From Rozella allomycis CSF55 (lineage: Eukaryota): a stretch of DNA of 64,000 bases. Below, piece by piece: positions 15,358-26,238 of the stretch. The position numbers and the translations under genes were made by a program. The DNA is taken from assembly GCA_000442015.1 (NCBI GenBank), contig KE561265.1:1-64000 (forward strand), read 5' to 3'. Positions within the stretch are counted from its first letter, which is position 1. Each line of letters starts with the position of its first letter. Below the pieces are notes generated by a model. The model saw only the letters and a program-made list of their open reading frames with translations, did no database searches and was not told the DNA's origin.

Positions 15358-16781
15358 TTATTTATGTTCAACTGAAACAATCTTTCCTAACATAACAGCG
15401 GTGTTTCCGTCCAAGAAGGCAATACGGGAAAGACCTTCACAGTTCTTGTATGAGTCGCAAACAAATGGTTGGATTGGTTCGAAAACAACTTCAGCTTGTT
15501 CGTTTGACTTGAGAGCGTGTGGAGCTTCAGCTTTCTTACCTCCAGTTTCCTTTCCAACCTTCCAGTTGATTCCGGTGAGTTTACAAGCAGAGCGACCGCA
15601 ACGAACGAAACCAATTGGAGAGTATCCCTTCTTAATTTCACCTGGAATATCGAGAGTTTGAATTTGAGCAACAAAAGATTTGACAGCCTTCAATGAAGCG
15701 TCTTCCTTGTAGATCATGACATCACCAGTTCTTGGCATGTTGTTCTTGTCGAGACCCTTGATGTTCATACCAATGTTGTCTCCAGTTTCTCCCTTTTCAA
15801 CCTTCTTGTGGTGCATTTCAACAGTAAAGATCTTTCCGGTACATGGAGTAGCAGTAGTGTGAGTTGGCAAAAAGATAACATCCTTGTTTGGAACAACTAA
15901 ACCTTGTTCAACTCTTCCGGTCAAGACATCACCAACACCCTTGATCTTGTAGACTCCAGAGATTGGAACACGCATTGGAGCATCTGGTTTACGTTCTGGT
16001 AGAGTAACAAATTTGTCCAAAACATCCAAAAGAGTGTCAACATGCATTTCAGTTCCCTTTTGGTTGACAACCTTTTGTCCCTTCCACCAAGCCATCTTTT
16101 CAGATTTCTTCAACAAGTTGTCTCCTTGCCATCCTGAAATTGGAAGAACTGGAACACACTTCTCAACAAAGTCTTTCTTCCAACCGACACGGGTCAACAT
16201 GTTCTTCATTTCATCAGAAACTTCCTTGTAGCGAGATTCTTTGTATGGACCAGCTGGGTCAGAGTCCATCTTGTTAACTCCAACAACCAATTGCTTGACT
16301 CCCAAAAGATACAACAAACGAGCATGTTGGCGGGTTTGTCCTTGAATTTCACCAGCCTTGTGGTTTCCTTTTTGGATAGCAGTGGTAAAGTTTCCGTCAG
16401 CTGGAACCATCAAAAGAGCAACATCAGCTTGAGCAGCTCCAGAAATCATGTTCTTGATAAAGTCTCTGTGACCTTTAGTCAAAATAATCAATCTTAATTA
16501 CCTGGAGCATCAATGATGGTGTAGTGCCATTTATCAGTAAAAAATTCCTTGGTGGTGCAAGAAATGGTGACACCACGTTCACGTTCATCTTTTTGACGAT
16601 CCATATAGAAAGCAAAAGCGAAAGATGACTTTCCAAGGCGGTCAGCTTCTTGCTTCAATTTTTCCATTTCTCTTTCTGGGATACCACCGAGTTCGAATAA
16701 CAAACGACCAGTGGTGGTTGACTTTCCAGAATCGACGTGTCCACAGATAACAACTGACAAGTGAGGTTTTCCTTGTGACAT
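15358..16781 (-). CDS. EFL: Elongation factor-like GTPase EFL (EF-1alpha paralog)
   Basis: [32 protein letters not shown] and the EFL-type [27 protein letters not shown]. One 29-nt intron at 16473-16501. Confidence 0.95.
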
Positions 16782-17102
16782 TAGTACCAGGGTTCACTTT
16801 CCGATTTTTTTCTTTTTATACCTTGGTGGCTTAGCGTTGTCATTTCGAAATTTCTTTCAATTTCGAGGCACTTTTTCGTGCCTATATACGTGCGAAACAA
16901 CTCAGTAAACATCGTATTAGAGCTCTTTAAACTTCTCTATCGGTATTTATAGCAATGTTACTGTTGCCGAACTTTTTGAACTGAACCAAGCTATCAATAT
17001 GGTTTACTTGTGAACAATAAACTAGATTAAATCATTATTTTTACAATTTGAAAGTTATCTAAGATGAACTTTTTTTCTTTTTTCATTATAAAATTTCTGG
17101 AA

Positions 17103-17696
17103 ATGAACATCCGTCAAGCTAGAGTACACGTTTCTAAAAGCTTAAAAGTAGATAGATGACCTTTCCGCTGTACAAAATTGCAACTTGCACAATCTACCAG
17201 AAAACTATCAAATGAAATATTACTATTATCACCTTCTGTCGTGGCCACAATTGTCCTACGTTGCAGAAGACACAAAGGGAAGAATAATTGGCTATGTCTT
17301 GGCGAAAATGTAAAATATTTTTTCAATCCTAAATTTAGGGAAGATGATATGGATGCACAAAACAGTCAAAGTGTTCCACACGGACATATCACTTCTCTAG
17401 CAGTTATGCGTACGTACAGGAGGTTGGGCGTTGCCCAAAAATTAATGACTTTATCACGTAATTTTGCTTTTATTTTATTAATCTGAAAACGCAATGAGAG
17501 ATGTATTCAATGCTAAGCATGTTTCTCTTCATGTACGAAAGAGCAATAGAGCTGCATTCTCACTATACAAAGAAACACTTGGATTTGAAATACATGAAAT
17601 AGAAAAAGTAAGCAAATATATAACTTCTTTAGAACACAGAAATATTATGCGGATGGAGAAGATGCGTACGCAATGAGAAAATATTTAGATAAATAA
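17103..17696 (+). CDS. NAA10: N-alpha-acetyltransferase catalytic subunit Ard1/NAA10
   Basis: Spliced sequence MNIRQAR...[11 protein letters not shown]...HGHITSLAV...[12 protein letters not shown]...[11 protein letters not shown]. 4 introns, one requiring a TG acceptor. Confidence 0.95.
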
Positions 17697-17792
17697 AGTC
17701 ATACATTTTCTTTTTAATAATTGATTTCGACCAGAAACTCGGCCTTTAATTGAGACCTTGCCTTTATAGGAAAGTAGGCAATTTCCCAATTG

Positions 17793-18917
17793 ATGACTAG
17801 ATTGTCCAAATGTTTGTTTGAAAAATTAAAGCCTCAATTATCAAGAGTTATTAATGAAACATATTTCAACAGTGAAACAGCTAAGCATGTAGTCGCATCA
17901 AAGAGAAATTCACTGTGTCCGCAAAAAGATATTGCATTCATTTGCACAGAATTGAGATATGATGGACATATTCAAATAATTGGGAAGAGATTCGCTAAAT
18001 TGGAACTTTGCGGCCTCCATGGCATACAGGTACGTGATTTACGAAAGTTGGATGGCGCATTAAAGTCCCAACTTCACGGTATACTTGTGCGCCCTCATGC
18101 CATCTTATTAAATTTGGGAATGCTTAAGGCGATTATAAAGTCGGATTTGGTCATATTTTTTGACAGTCTAGATCATTGTGAGCGTTCGAAACAACATAAC
18201 TTTATATTACAGTTACAGCAGAAGTTGATAGAGCTGTCCAAAAATGATAAAGAAACATACAATACATTACCTGTTGAGCTTCATGTACTTGAATTTATTT
18301 TATTGGAAGTATGTAGCTCTTTACAATCTGAGTTTGATGAACTTCAATTAATTCTTGAAAAGACATTAGTCAATTTGCACGAAGTTCATTGGCAAAAGCT
18401 AAAAGCTCTTTTGGAAGCTAAAAGGGAACTAAATCATTTTAAATCTAAGGTGGATTCCATTAAGGATGCATTGTCTGAACTATTAGAGTCTGATAGTGAC
18501 ATGTCAGAAATGTATCTTTCAGCAAAAGCAGTTAATGCTCCTCGCCCAGTTCATTCTCACGATGAAGTTGAATTATTATTGGAGGCATACTTAAAGATTG
18601 CCGATGAATTATCTACCAGACTGGAAGAAATTCTATCCAACGTTGAATCGACTGAAGATATTATAAACATTGGACTTGTTGGACAAAGAAATGAACTATT
18701 GATATTTGAATTGAAATTAGCCATGGGAACTTTTGCGGCAAGTCTAGGTAGTTTTGGTGCAAGTATTTTCGGAATGAATTTAAAGTCGTATCTGGAAGGC
18801 AATCCAAGTGCTTTCTATATTGTATTAACATCCACATTAGCATTATGTGGATTAGTCTACAGATGTGCAGTGTCAAGAATGTTCTCATTGATTCGAAAGC
18901 ATATTTATCGGAAATAA
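17793..18917 (+). CDS. MRS2: Mitochondrial CorA-family Mg2+ transporter Mrs2/Lpe10
   Basis: RDLRKLD, ILVRPHAILLNL, EVELLLEAY and QRNELL motifs, plus the GMN motif (FGMNL) between two TM helices. Confidence 0.9.
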   Translation: MTRLSKCLFEKLKPQLSRVINETYFNSETAKHVVASKRNSLCPQKDIAFICTELRYDGHIQIIGKRFAKLELCGLHGIQVRDLRKLDGALKSQLHGILVRPHAILLNLGMLKAIIKSDLVIFFDSLDHCERSKQHNFILQLQQKLIELSKNDKETYNTLPVELHVLEFILLEVCSSLQSEFDELQLILEKTLVNLHEVHWQKLKALLEAKRELNHFKSKVDSIKDALSELLESDSDMSEMYLSAKAVNAPRPVHSHDEVELLLEAYLKIADELSTRLEEILSNVESTEDIINIGLVGQRNELLIFELKLAMGTFAASLGSFGASIFGMNLKSYLEGNPSAFYIVLTSTLALCGLVYRCAVSRMFSLIRKHIYRK

Positions 18918-18940
18918 ATTTTTATGCATTTACATTTTTA

Positions 18941-19535
18941 TTACATTTCTCCACACTCAGTTATACTAATAACAACTTTTGGTTTGTTTTGCCCGCCAGT
19001 AGGAACATTCTCTAGTTTTCGCACGATATTCATTCCTTCAATGACTTTGCCGAATACTACATGTTTCCCATCCAAAAATTCACATGGTGCACAAGTTATA
19101 AAGAACTAAAAATGTAAAAATTCGGAGTTACCTGACATCCATTTGTATTAGGTCCAGAATTAGCCATAGACAACAAGCCAGGAACTGAATGTTTATGGAT
19201 AAAGTTTTCATCTTGAAATTTCGAACCGTATATACTGGCAGAACCTGTACCATCACCCTACTTTACATGGCGTGACAAGGTTACCTTTACAAAATCACCT
19301 CCTTGAACCATAAAGTCTTTAATAACTCTATGAAAGGTGCAACCTTTATATCCTCTGGGAACGCCGTTTATCTTATAGTCACCAGTGCATAACTGTCTGG
19401 AATGTATTTACTGAACCCTTTTTACCTAAAATTTTCAGCCGTTTTGGGGCAGGTATCAGCAAATAATTCAAACTTTATCCTTCCAGCTTTTTCTCCGCCG
19501 ATAGAAACATCAAAAAACACAACAGGATTCACCAT
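18941..19535 (-). CDS. PPIH: Cyclophilin H-type peptidyl-prolyl isomerase
   Basis: Spliced sequence [14 protein letters not shown]...TAENFRQLCTG...[14 protein letters not shown]...NTNGCQFFITC...LDGKHVVFG...ECGEM. 3 introns; not in the ORF track. Confidence 0.88.
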
Positions 19536-19703
19536 TGAAATTCAATAATCAAAATTCCATTTTTGCAAAAACCCTTAATTATTGTTTCAGGCATTTTTTG
19601 ATATATCATCTTATCAATTTATTTATCATTATTATTGTGATTAACAGTGCTTTTTGCCCTTGATTAATAAATCAAAAAATCGTAATTCTTGATTTGGCAA
19701 TTT

Positions 19704-20056
19704 ATGGCTTCCGTGTCAACAAAATTAACACCATCCTTTCGAGCACAATTTATTGGTCTTGTAATTGGAACGGCCATGAAAAAGACGGCAAAAGTACTCG
19801 TGCTGAGACGTGATATCCACAGAAAATATAAGAAAGTACAATTTTGAAGTATATTATATAGGAATTCGTCAAAAGAACTGTATTCTTTGCGCATGACCCG
19901 AATGAAGTAACAGTTATAGGCGATACTGTACTTCTGGAAAGAGTTCGAAAAACAATGTTCAAGAGTGAAAGGAAAAACTTTGTATTAAAAGAGATTGTTA
20001 AGGAAGCACAAAGATTTAAAGATCCCGAAACAGGGGCGTTATTTACAGCACCATAA
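19704..20056 (+). CDS. MRPS17: Mitochondrial ribosomal protein uS17m
   Basis: Spliced sequence FIGLVIGTAMKKTAKV...HRKYKK|EFVKRTVFFAHDPNEVTVIGDTVLLE...RKNFVLKEI. One 26-nt intron. Confidence 0.85.
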
Positions 20057-20075
20057 ATAGCTTTATTTTTACCCC

Positions 20076-21239
20076 TTACCTTTGGTAGTAGTAGTTTCTT
20101 CTTGACGGAGTTTGAGCAATGTGAGGAGGGTAAACAGAGTTAAGATAGGAATCACGAAAAGGACCTTTAGGGCCTAAAGGATTCGGGATATTTCTTCTAT
20201 ATGGTTGAAACCCTTGCGGCTGAGGAGCGTATAGAGTGTCTGAAGCTGGGGACGGGGTCCGTTGTTGTTGCCTGTGCTGAAATGTGTCTTTCTAAGCATT
20301 CGAATTCAATTACTTATATAATGCCGTTGAGATTGAAATGATGGTGTGATTTCGGAAGAATTTCTTTGCCCGTAGCTATGGTTGGGCATACTTTGTGGAC
20401 TTGGCTGGATAGGAACTGTTAAATATTCCGATAATGATTACCGGATGGAGAAAAATTCGCTGATTGAGTTATTATCGCTGGATCCTATAGTAAAATATGC
20501 GCCTTCATACCATATGGCTTTGAACGTCGCGAAATTGTTCATTCAAAGTCGGCGCCAAAGATTTCCGTCTAAGTTTTTCGCAGACATCCTGAAATTCGCT
20601 CGTTGCTTATTTACCTGTAGTTTTTTAATTTGCCGAGCCTTTTCTGCCAACTGCTCGCCGAATTCCACCGCTTTCTTTTTTTCTAATTCACATTCCTTCA
20701 TCAAACCTATCAACGATAATAATTAATTATGTACTAGAGTGCTTCTCTTTAAGTGTGGCTAATTCTACTTTTAATTGCCCATTGAGTTGCAGGGCTTCAT
20801 TTTCTTTGGCGCTTCTCCTTTGTTCACGATCCTTGTACAGCATTTGATTGTACATAGCTTCCTGTGACACCTGATAATTCCAAAAAGCTATAGATCTTGA
20901 TGCTATATCCATAATTATATCGGGTTTCATGCCACATAATATCATCTATTTAGTTAATGAGATATTTGGCTACTGATTTCCAAGATTCGGAGGGGTTAGT
21001 ATTAACCATACAAATATCACTGAAAATGAACAAAGATTCCACTTACGAATTATCTGTCAACGAAGATTTACACGTTGGACAAACCAAAGCTCTTTGAAAG
21101 GTGTGATTAGCGCAAGCGGAACAAAAAATATCAATGACATTAATAGAATTCACTTACGTGAGCAAGAGGTTATATATGCTTCAGTGTCCTTCAAACTTTT
21201 TCTGCATTTCAGCAAATTGCATTTCAATTCCACTTCCAT
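20076..21239 (-). CDS. HEI10: Meiotic crossover RING E3 ligase Hei10/CCNB1IP1
   Basis: LKCNLLKCRKSL...ITSCSHIFCSAC...CPTCKSSL...MILCGMKPDIIMDIASRSIAFWNYQVSQE, then a coiled coil. 7 introns. Confidence 0.9.
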
Positions 21240-21364
21240 GTCCTTAAGCCACCCAAATTTTGTCACACTCCGATTCAAAAAATAAATTCCATTTTTTCTA
21301 AATATATTATCAGTCATCCTTTTTCAATTTTTTGAATTTAATTTGTTTTTGAATCCCTGCAAAA

Positions 21365-22510
21365 ATGTTAAGGGTTGGCTTAGTAGTCTCGTCATCGGAT
21401 GTTGATTCATATATCCCAAAACATGGAAACAGAGTAGGAAAATAATGATAATGTTTTAGGCATACTTAACCCACAGTCTTATTAAAGGGTATAATGTTCC
21501 TGTTATACCTTTGAAGGCCCCTAAAGCTACAAAGAAAGAACTTTTAAATTTTCACGATGAAGAATATATAGCTGCAATATTTTCTGATGATGAGAATGAG
21601 TGCGAAGGGCTTTTTGGCCTAACATACGATTGCTTTAAGTTCTCTGGTCTAAAGCATTATTGTTGCACAATCGCAGGTGGGTCTATTTATGGCGCAAAAC
21701 AGCTACTGAATGACAATTTGGATACAGTTATTCATTGGGAAGGTGGTAGACACCATGCCTTCAGGTGATGACCAAAAGCACTCAATAAGTTAGAGATTTC
21801 GCTTCTGGATTTTGTTACGTCAATGACATCGCTTTAGCTATTCATGAAATTTTATTAAACATTAAAGGGAATATCCTTTATCTTGATTTAGATGTTCATC
21901 ACGGGGATGGGGTAGAGCACGCCTTCAAATACACTAAACGTGTTACTACTTGCTCTTTCCACCTATTTCATCATGGATACTTTCCTGGGACAGGGTCATG
22001 GGATGATTGCACTAAAGGTTCCATGAATGTGCCTTTTACAGCCGATCAGCATACTTTATGGAAAGATGCTATTCAATACACTATATCTAACTTAATATCT
22101 ATTGTTTCTCCTGAAGTAAGACCTTTATTTTGAATATATTGATTTTGATAATACAGTTTGGCGTTGATACTTTGAAGGGTGATCCTATAGGGCAATGGTG
22201 CATAGATCCATTAACCATTGCTTCTGTAATGAATTTCTTAAATGGGTTTTCAATAAAAAAGATGGTTTTGGGAGGAGGTGGATATAGTCCTTGTGCTACA
22301 GCAAAGGCTTGGGCGATGTTAACTGCCGAGGCATGTCATATATCACTCTCAAATGAAATACCCGTATTTGATGACTGGGATCTATTTTCCAAGGAACCAT
22401 ATTTGTATTCTACAGGCTTTGATCGCACTACTTCTAATCAAGAAGTGGATTTCAAAAGTTCATTTCTGAAAAAACAAATAGATTTATGTTTAATGAAGCA
22501 ACGGAAATAA
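21365..22510 (+). CDS. Class I histone deacetylase (Hos1/HDAC8-like)
   Basis: FGLTYDC, WEGGRHHA, SGFCYVND, YLDLDVHHGDGVE, YFPGTG, QFGVDTLKGDP and LGGGGY motifs. Confidence 0.88.
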
Positions 22511-22585
22511 AAGTTGAATAAAAATATCAACTTGATTTTTACTTCCTTTTTACTTGATGGCGCAGCCATAGAAAATTTTAAACTC

Positions 22586-23425
22586 ATGACAACTAAAGTT
22601 TTCAAAAATGACGTGGTATAAAATCATATTTAAACATCAAGTAGGATGGCCTTACTCAAAAGTTATCGTTGATATCTTGCAAAGCATCCAACTTTATCAA
22701 ATTTTTGGATGTTACTTCGTCAAAACCAATAACAGTGGAAGATATTCACGATGATATTAAGCGTGAACTTGCCTTCTATAATCAAGCTCTTGAGGCTGCT
22801 GCAAAAGCAAGAGAGGTGTTTTTGGCAAATAACAAGCCGTTTACGAGGCCCGATGATTTTTTTGCTGAGATGCTAAAGTCAGACTCGCACATGAATAGGG
22901 TAAGTCTTCTATTTATGTCATATTAGATTCGTCAAACTTTGCTCGAAGAGGCTACTGTTCTTCAAGCTAAAGAAGATGCTAGACAAAGACGCGAGCAACG
23001 CAAGTATGCCAAAAAGGTTCAAGCTGAAAAAAAAGTTGAGAAGCAACGCCAAAAATCCAAGGAAATTGAAAAGATTGAAGCATTTAAGAAGAAGAGAAAA
23101 GGAAACGATAACTTTGATAATGACGATTTTGACATTGAACTTGATGATGTTGAAGATCTTGAAGAAAATCCTAAAAAGAAACAGCGCGTTTCTGGAAAAG
23201 GAACTGCAATGAAGAGAGCAGCCAAGGATAAAAAATACGGCTATGGTGGAAAACGCAAGTATGCCAAGGAAAATGATTCTAAAAGTTCAAGCGATATGTC
23301 TAAATTTAATGCAAGCAAAATGAAGTCAAAAAGTTTCTTGAAAAAGGTATGAAATTTTTCAAGTTTTATAACATTAGAGACCCGGGAAGGCGAAAAGGGC
23401 TAAAGTCAGAAATAACAAAAAATAA
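22586..23425 (+). CDS. EBP2: rRNA-processing protein Ebp2
   Basis: DDIKRELAFYNQAL, PFTRPDDFFAEMLKSDSHM, KYGYGGKRK and C-terminal RPGKAKR motifs. Confidence 0.92.
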
Positions 23426-23494
23426 AGTTGTTATGTAGTTATTTTTAGAAATACACTTGGTTAGGAATATTATATAATTTTCCGAAGGCGATCA

Positions 23495-26052
23495 ATGAGC
23501 AACAAATCCTCTAATAAGTCAAGTACCTTGCGTAAAGGAGGAGGTGGCCTGTTGGCAAGACTGGTAAATTTTATCGACATATGACAGCGAGGACGGTCAT
23601 GATTCAACTTCTTTGACTACTTTCGAATCCAAGGATTCTAGATTTTCTGAATTGAACGATGTCGGATTAATTAAGGATGACTCGCCCATAATGTGTCGAT
23701 TGTGTGAAGACACAATTAAAAAGTCGTGTGTTCATGAGCACACTAAGTATTGTGTTCTTATGTGCCAATGTTTCACAAGAATTAATGAATACAACGACCT
23801 CTTATTACATGTATGAATCCCAAACTATTTCGATAATAGGATATAACAGAGATAGGAAAAATAATGTCGAAGAAAGAGTTTGAAGTAAAACAAGTTCTTC
23901 TATTGCGATAGCCATTTGTGCAAGACCTGAAGCAATTAATAAATATATACCAATAGTAGAAAATCATTCGACAACAGATTTAGTTTGTTGGAAATGAAAA
24001 ACGTGGAGTCATCAAATCAAATTAAAATTATGTGGCAAGGCTTTAATTGGTCTAATATCCCTGAAGAAATACCAGATAATGTCTCAAAATATAGAAATAT
24101 CTTGGCGAATCTGGTAATTTAATGAAATGAATAATACAGATTGGAAGCAAAGTACATGTTCTTCGAAAACTCAACTTTTCAACACAAAAGCGAAACGAAG
24201 TAACCTTAAAAACAAGTGAAAACAACGACGCCGAAATTGATACATCTTTGGGAAAAAATCAATCAACTTTTAAAATAGAAGTACGATTTTATGCACAAGT
24301 TTCATTAGATCGAACCTTCTATAAATGATTTTGAATTTGTCAAAAAGCTGAGTAGAGGGGCGTACGGGTAATGATTTGCTCATGTTTAAAAATATAGACG
24401 AGTCTACCTTGCCAAAAAGAAATCAACTGGCGATCATTATGCGGTGAAAGTAATCAGTAAGAGGCACATGAAGAGCAAGGCGGATGTTGAAAGGATATTG
24501 CTGGAAAGAAATATATTAGCGATGGTCGACAATCCTTTTATTGTTAAATTGTTCTATTCTTTTCAAACATTTGATCAACTTTATATGGTGATGGAATATT
24601 TGAATGGAGGGGATCTCTTGTCATTACTTGAAAGTGCTGGGCACTTTGGAGAGTCTTGGGCTCAATTCTATACTGCCGAATTAGTACTTGCTGTAGAACA
24701 TTTACATTCCCTCGGGATAGTACATAGAGATATTAAACCACAGAATCTATTAATAGACAAAAGAGGGCATTTAAAGTTAGCAGATTTTGGGCTTTCGCGA
24801 ATGCGTACATAAATTACTTTTTATTGACATAGATGACTCCACAGTAGTGAAGTAATTTCTATATTTACAAGGATATTACAACAGAGCCAAAAACTGATAT
24901 TGAAATATGGGTCTCAGGTCTCAGATTGAACGACAGAACTTCAGATAATGCTTCATCTGGGTTAATTATGCCCAAAACTAATTCTTTCGTTGGTACTCCG
25001 GAATACCTGGCCCCAGAAATGCTCTTGGGATCAGGATATGGTAAAATGTGAACTTTAATTGTGTTCCTAGATGAATCCGTTGATTGGTGGGATGTTGGAA
25101 TTATTCTATATGAAATACTAGTCGGAAACAATCCATTTTATGATGATGACGTAGAAAAGACTTTCGAAAACATTCTGAGCAGAAGTATGAGCTTAAATTT
25201 TAATTGAAAGAATTTACTTGGCCTAAAGGTGTTTCTTCAAGTGCCATGGACATTCTTGATGGCCTTTTGACAGTTGAACCAAGCGATCGATTAGGGTACA
25301 ATGGTGCGGGAGAGATTAAAAAACATTCATTTTATAACGGAATCGATTGGGACAATATATCTAATGTACAAGCAAGTTTTATTCCCATTCTTGAAGGGAA
25401 TGATGACACTAGATACTTCACAGGCACTCAGTGGAGTCAAGACTCCGTGTTTGAACCTCATGACAATGAAGCAATTGAAGACCCATTTCTTGATTTTACG
25501 TACATAAATGTTAAGCAGCTTAAAGAAGTTACAAAAGATCAGATAAGAAAAAAGGCAATTATAAGAGAGGATTCTCTGAAAACAATCTATAGTGATGACG
25601 TTTTGGGTTCCAATCATAAAATAAAGGATGGCGCAAAAATTCTAGTTGAGAAAAAAGAGCTTTGTTGCTTGATTGCAGAAGACAATCCGATAATTCAAAA
25701 GGTGGCACAAGCCCTGCTAAAGAGCATTGGATTCCAAACAACTTGCGTTGATAACGGACTAAAAGCTGTAGAAGAATGTCAAAAAGTGAAGTTTGATATT
25801 ATTTTCATGGACATAATGATGCCAGGTATAATTATTACTCATTACTCATTAGAAATGGATGGCATAGAAGGAACAAAAATCATCCGTTCAAGCAAAGGAA
25901 TAAATGAAAAGTCTCCTATTGTAGCCTTCTCTGCAATAGGCTCCGATGAAAATCGTAAAGAATTTATCTCTCAAGGATTCAATGATTGGCTTGAAAAACC
26001 CTTCACCAAAAATGATCTTTATAAAATGATCAAGAAATGGATTCACGAATGA
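23495..26052 (+). CDS. RIM15: Rim15/Cek1/Greatwall-like AGC Ser/Thr kinase with N-terminal C2HC finger and C-terminal receiver domain
   Basis: CRLCE...HEHTKYC; kinase motifs PSINDFEF..LSRGAYGRVYLA, HRDIKPQN, DFGLS and FVGTPEYLAPE; receiver domain AEDN...FMDIMMPEMDG...KP. 12 introns. Confidence 0.75.
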
Positions 26053-26238
26053 TAGTATTGTAAAACATAAATTATAGATTAATAAAAATGAAACATTTGT
26101 TTTGTGTAGCCATTTTTAAACTTTATAGTTACTATTTGAACTAGAATTAAATCAATCAAATAGCTGCTACGTTGTTTAATACAGAAGACTGTACTGACTA
26201 CTGCCTACGATTTTTTGAAAAATTGCCAAATTCCTAAA

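Noticed and set aside
12218-16781. Adjacent 'EFL1' (Ria1) and 'EFL' genes as a functional cluster
   Set aside because: The names coincide but the genes belong to different translational GTPase subfamilies (EF-2-like and EF-1alpha-like). No evidence of linkage beyond chance.
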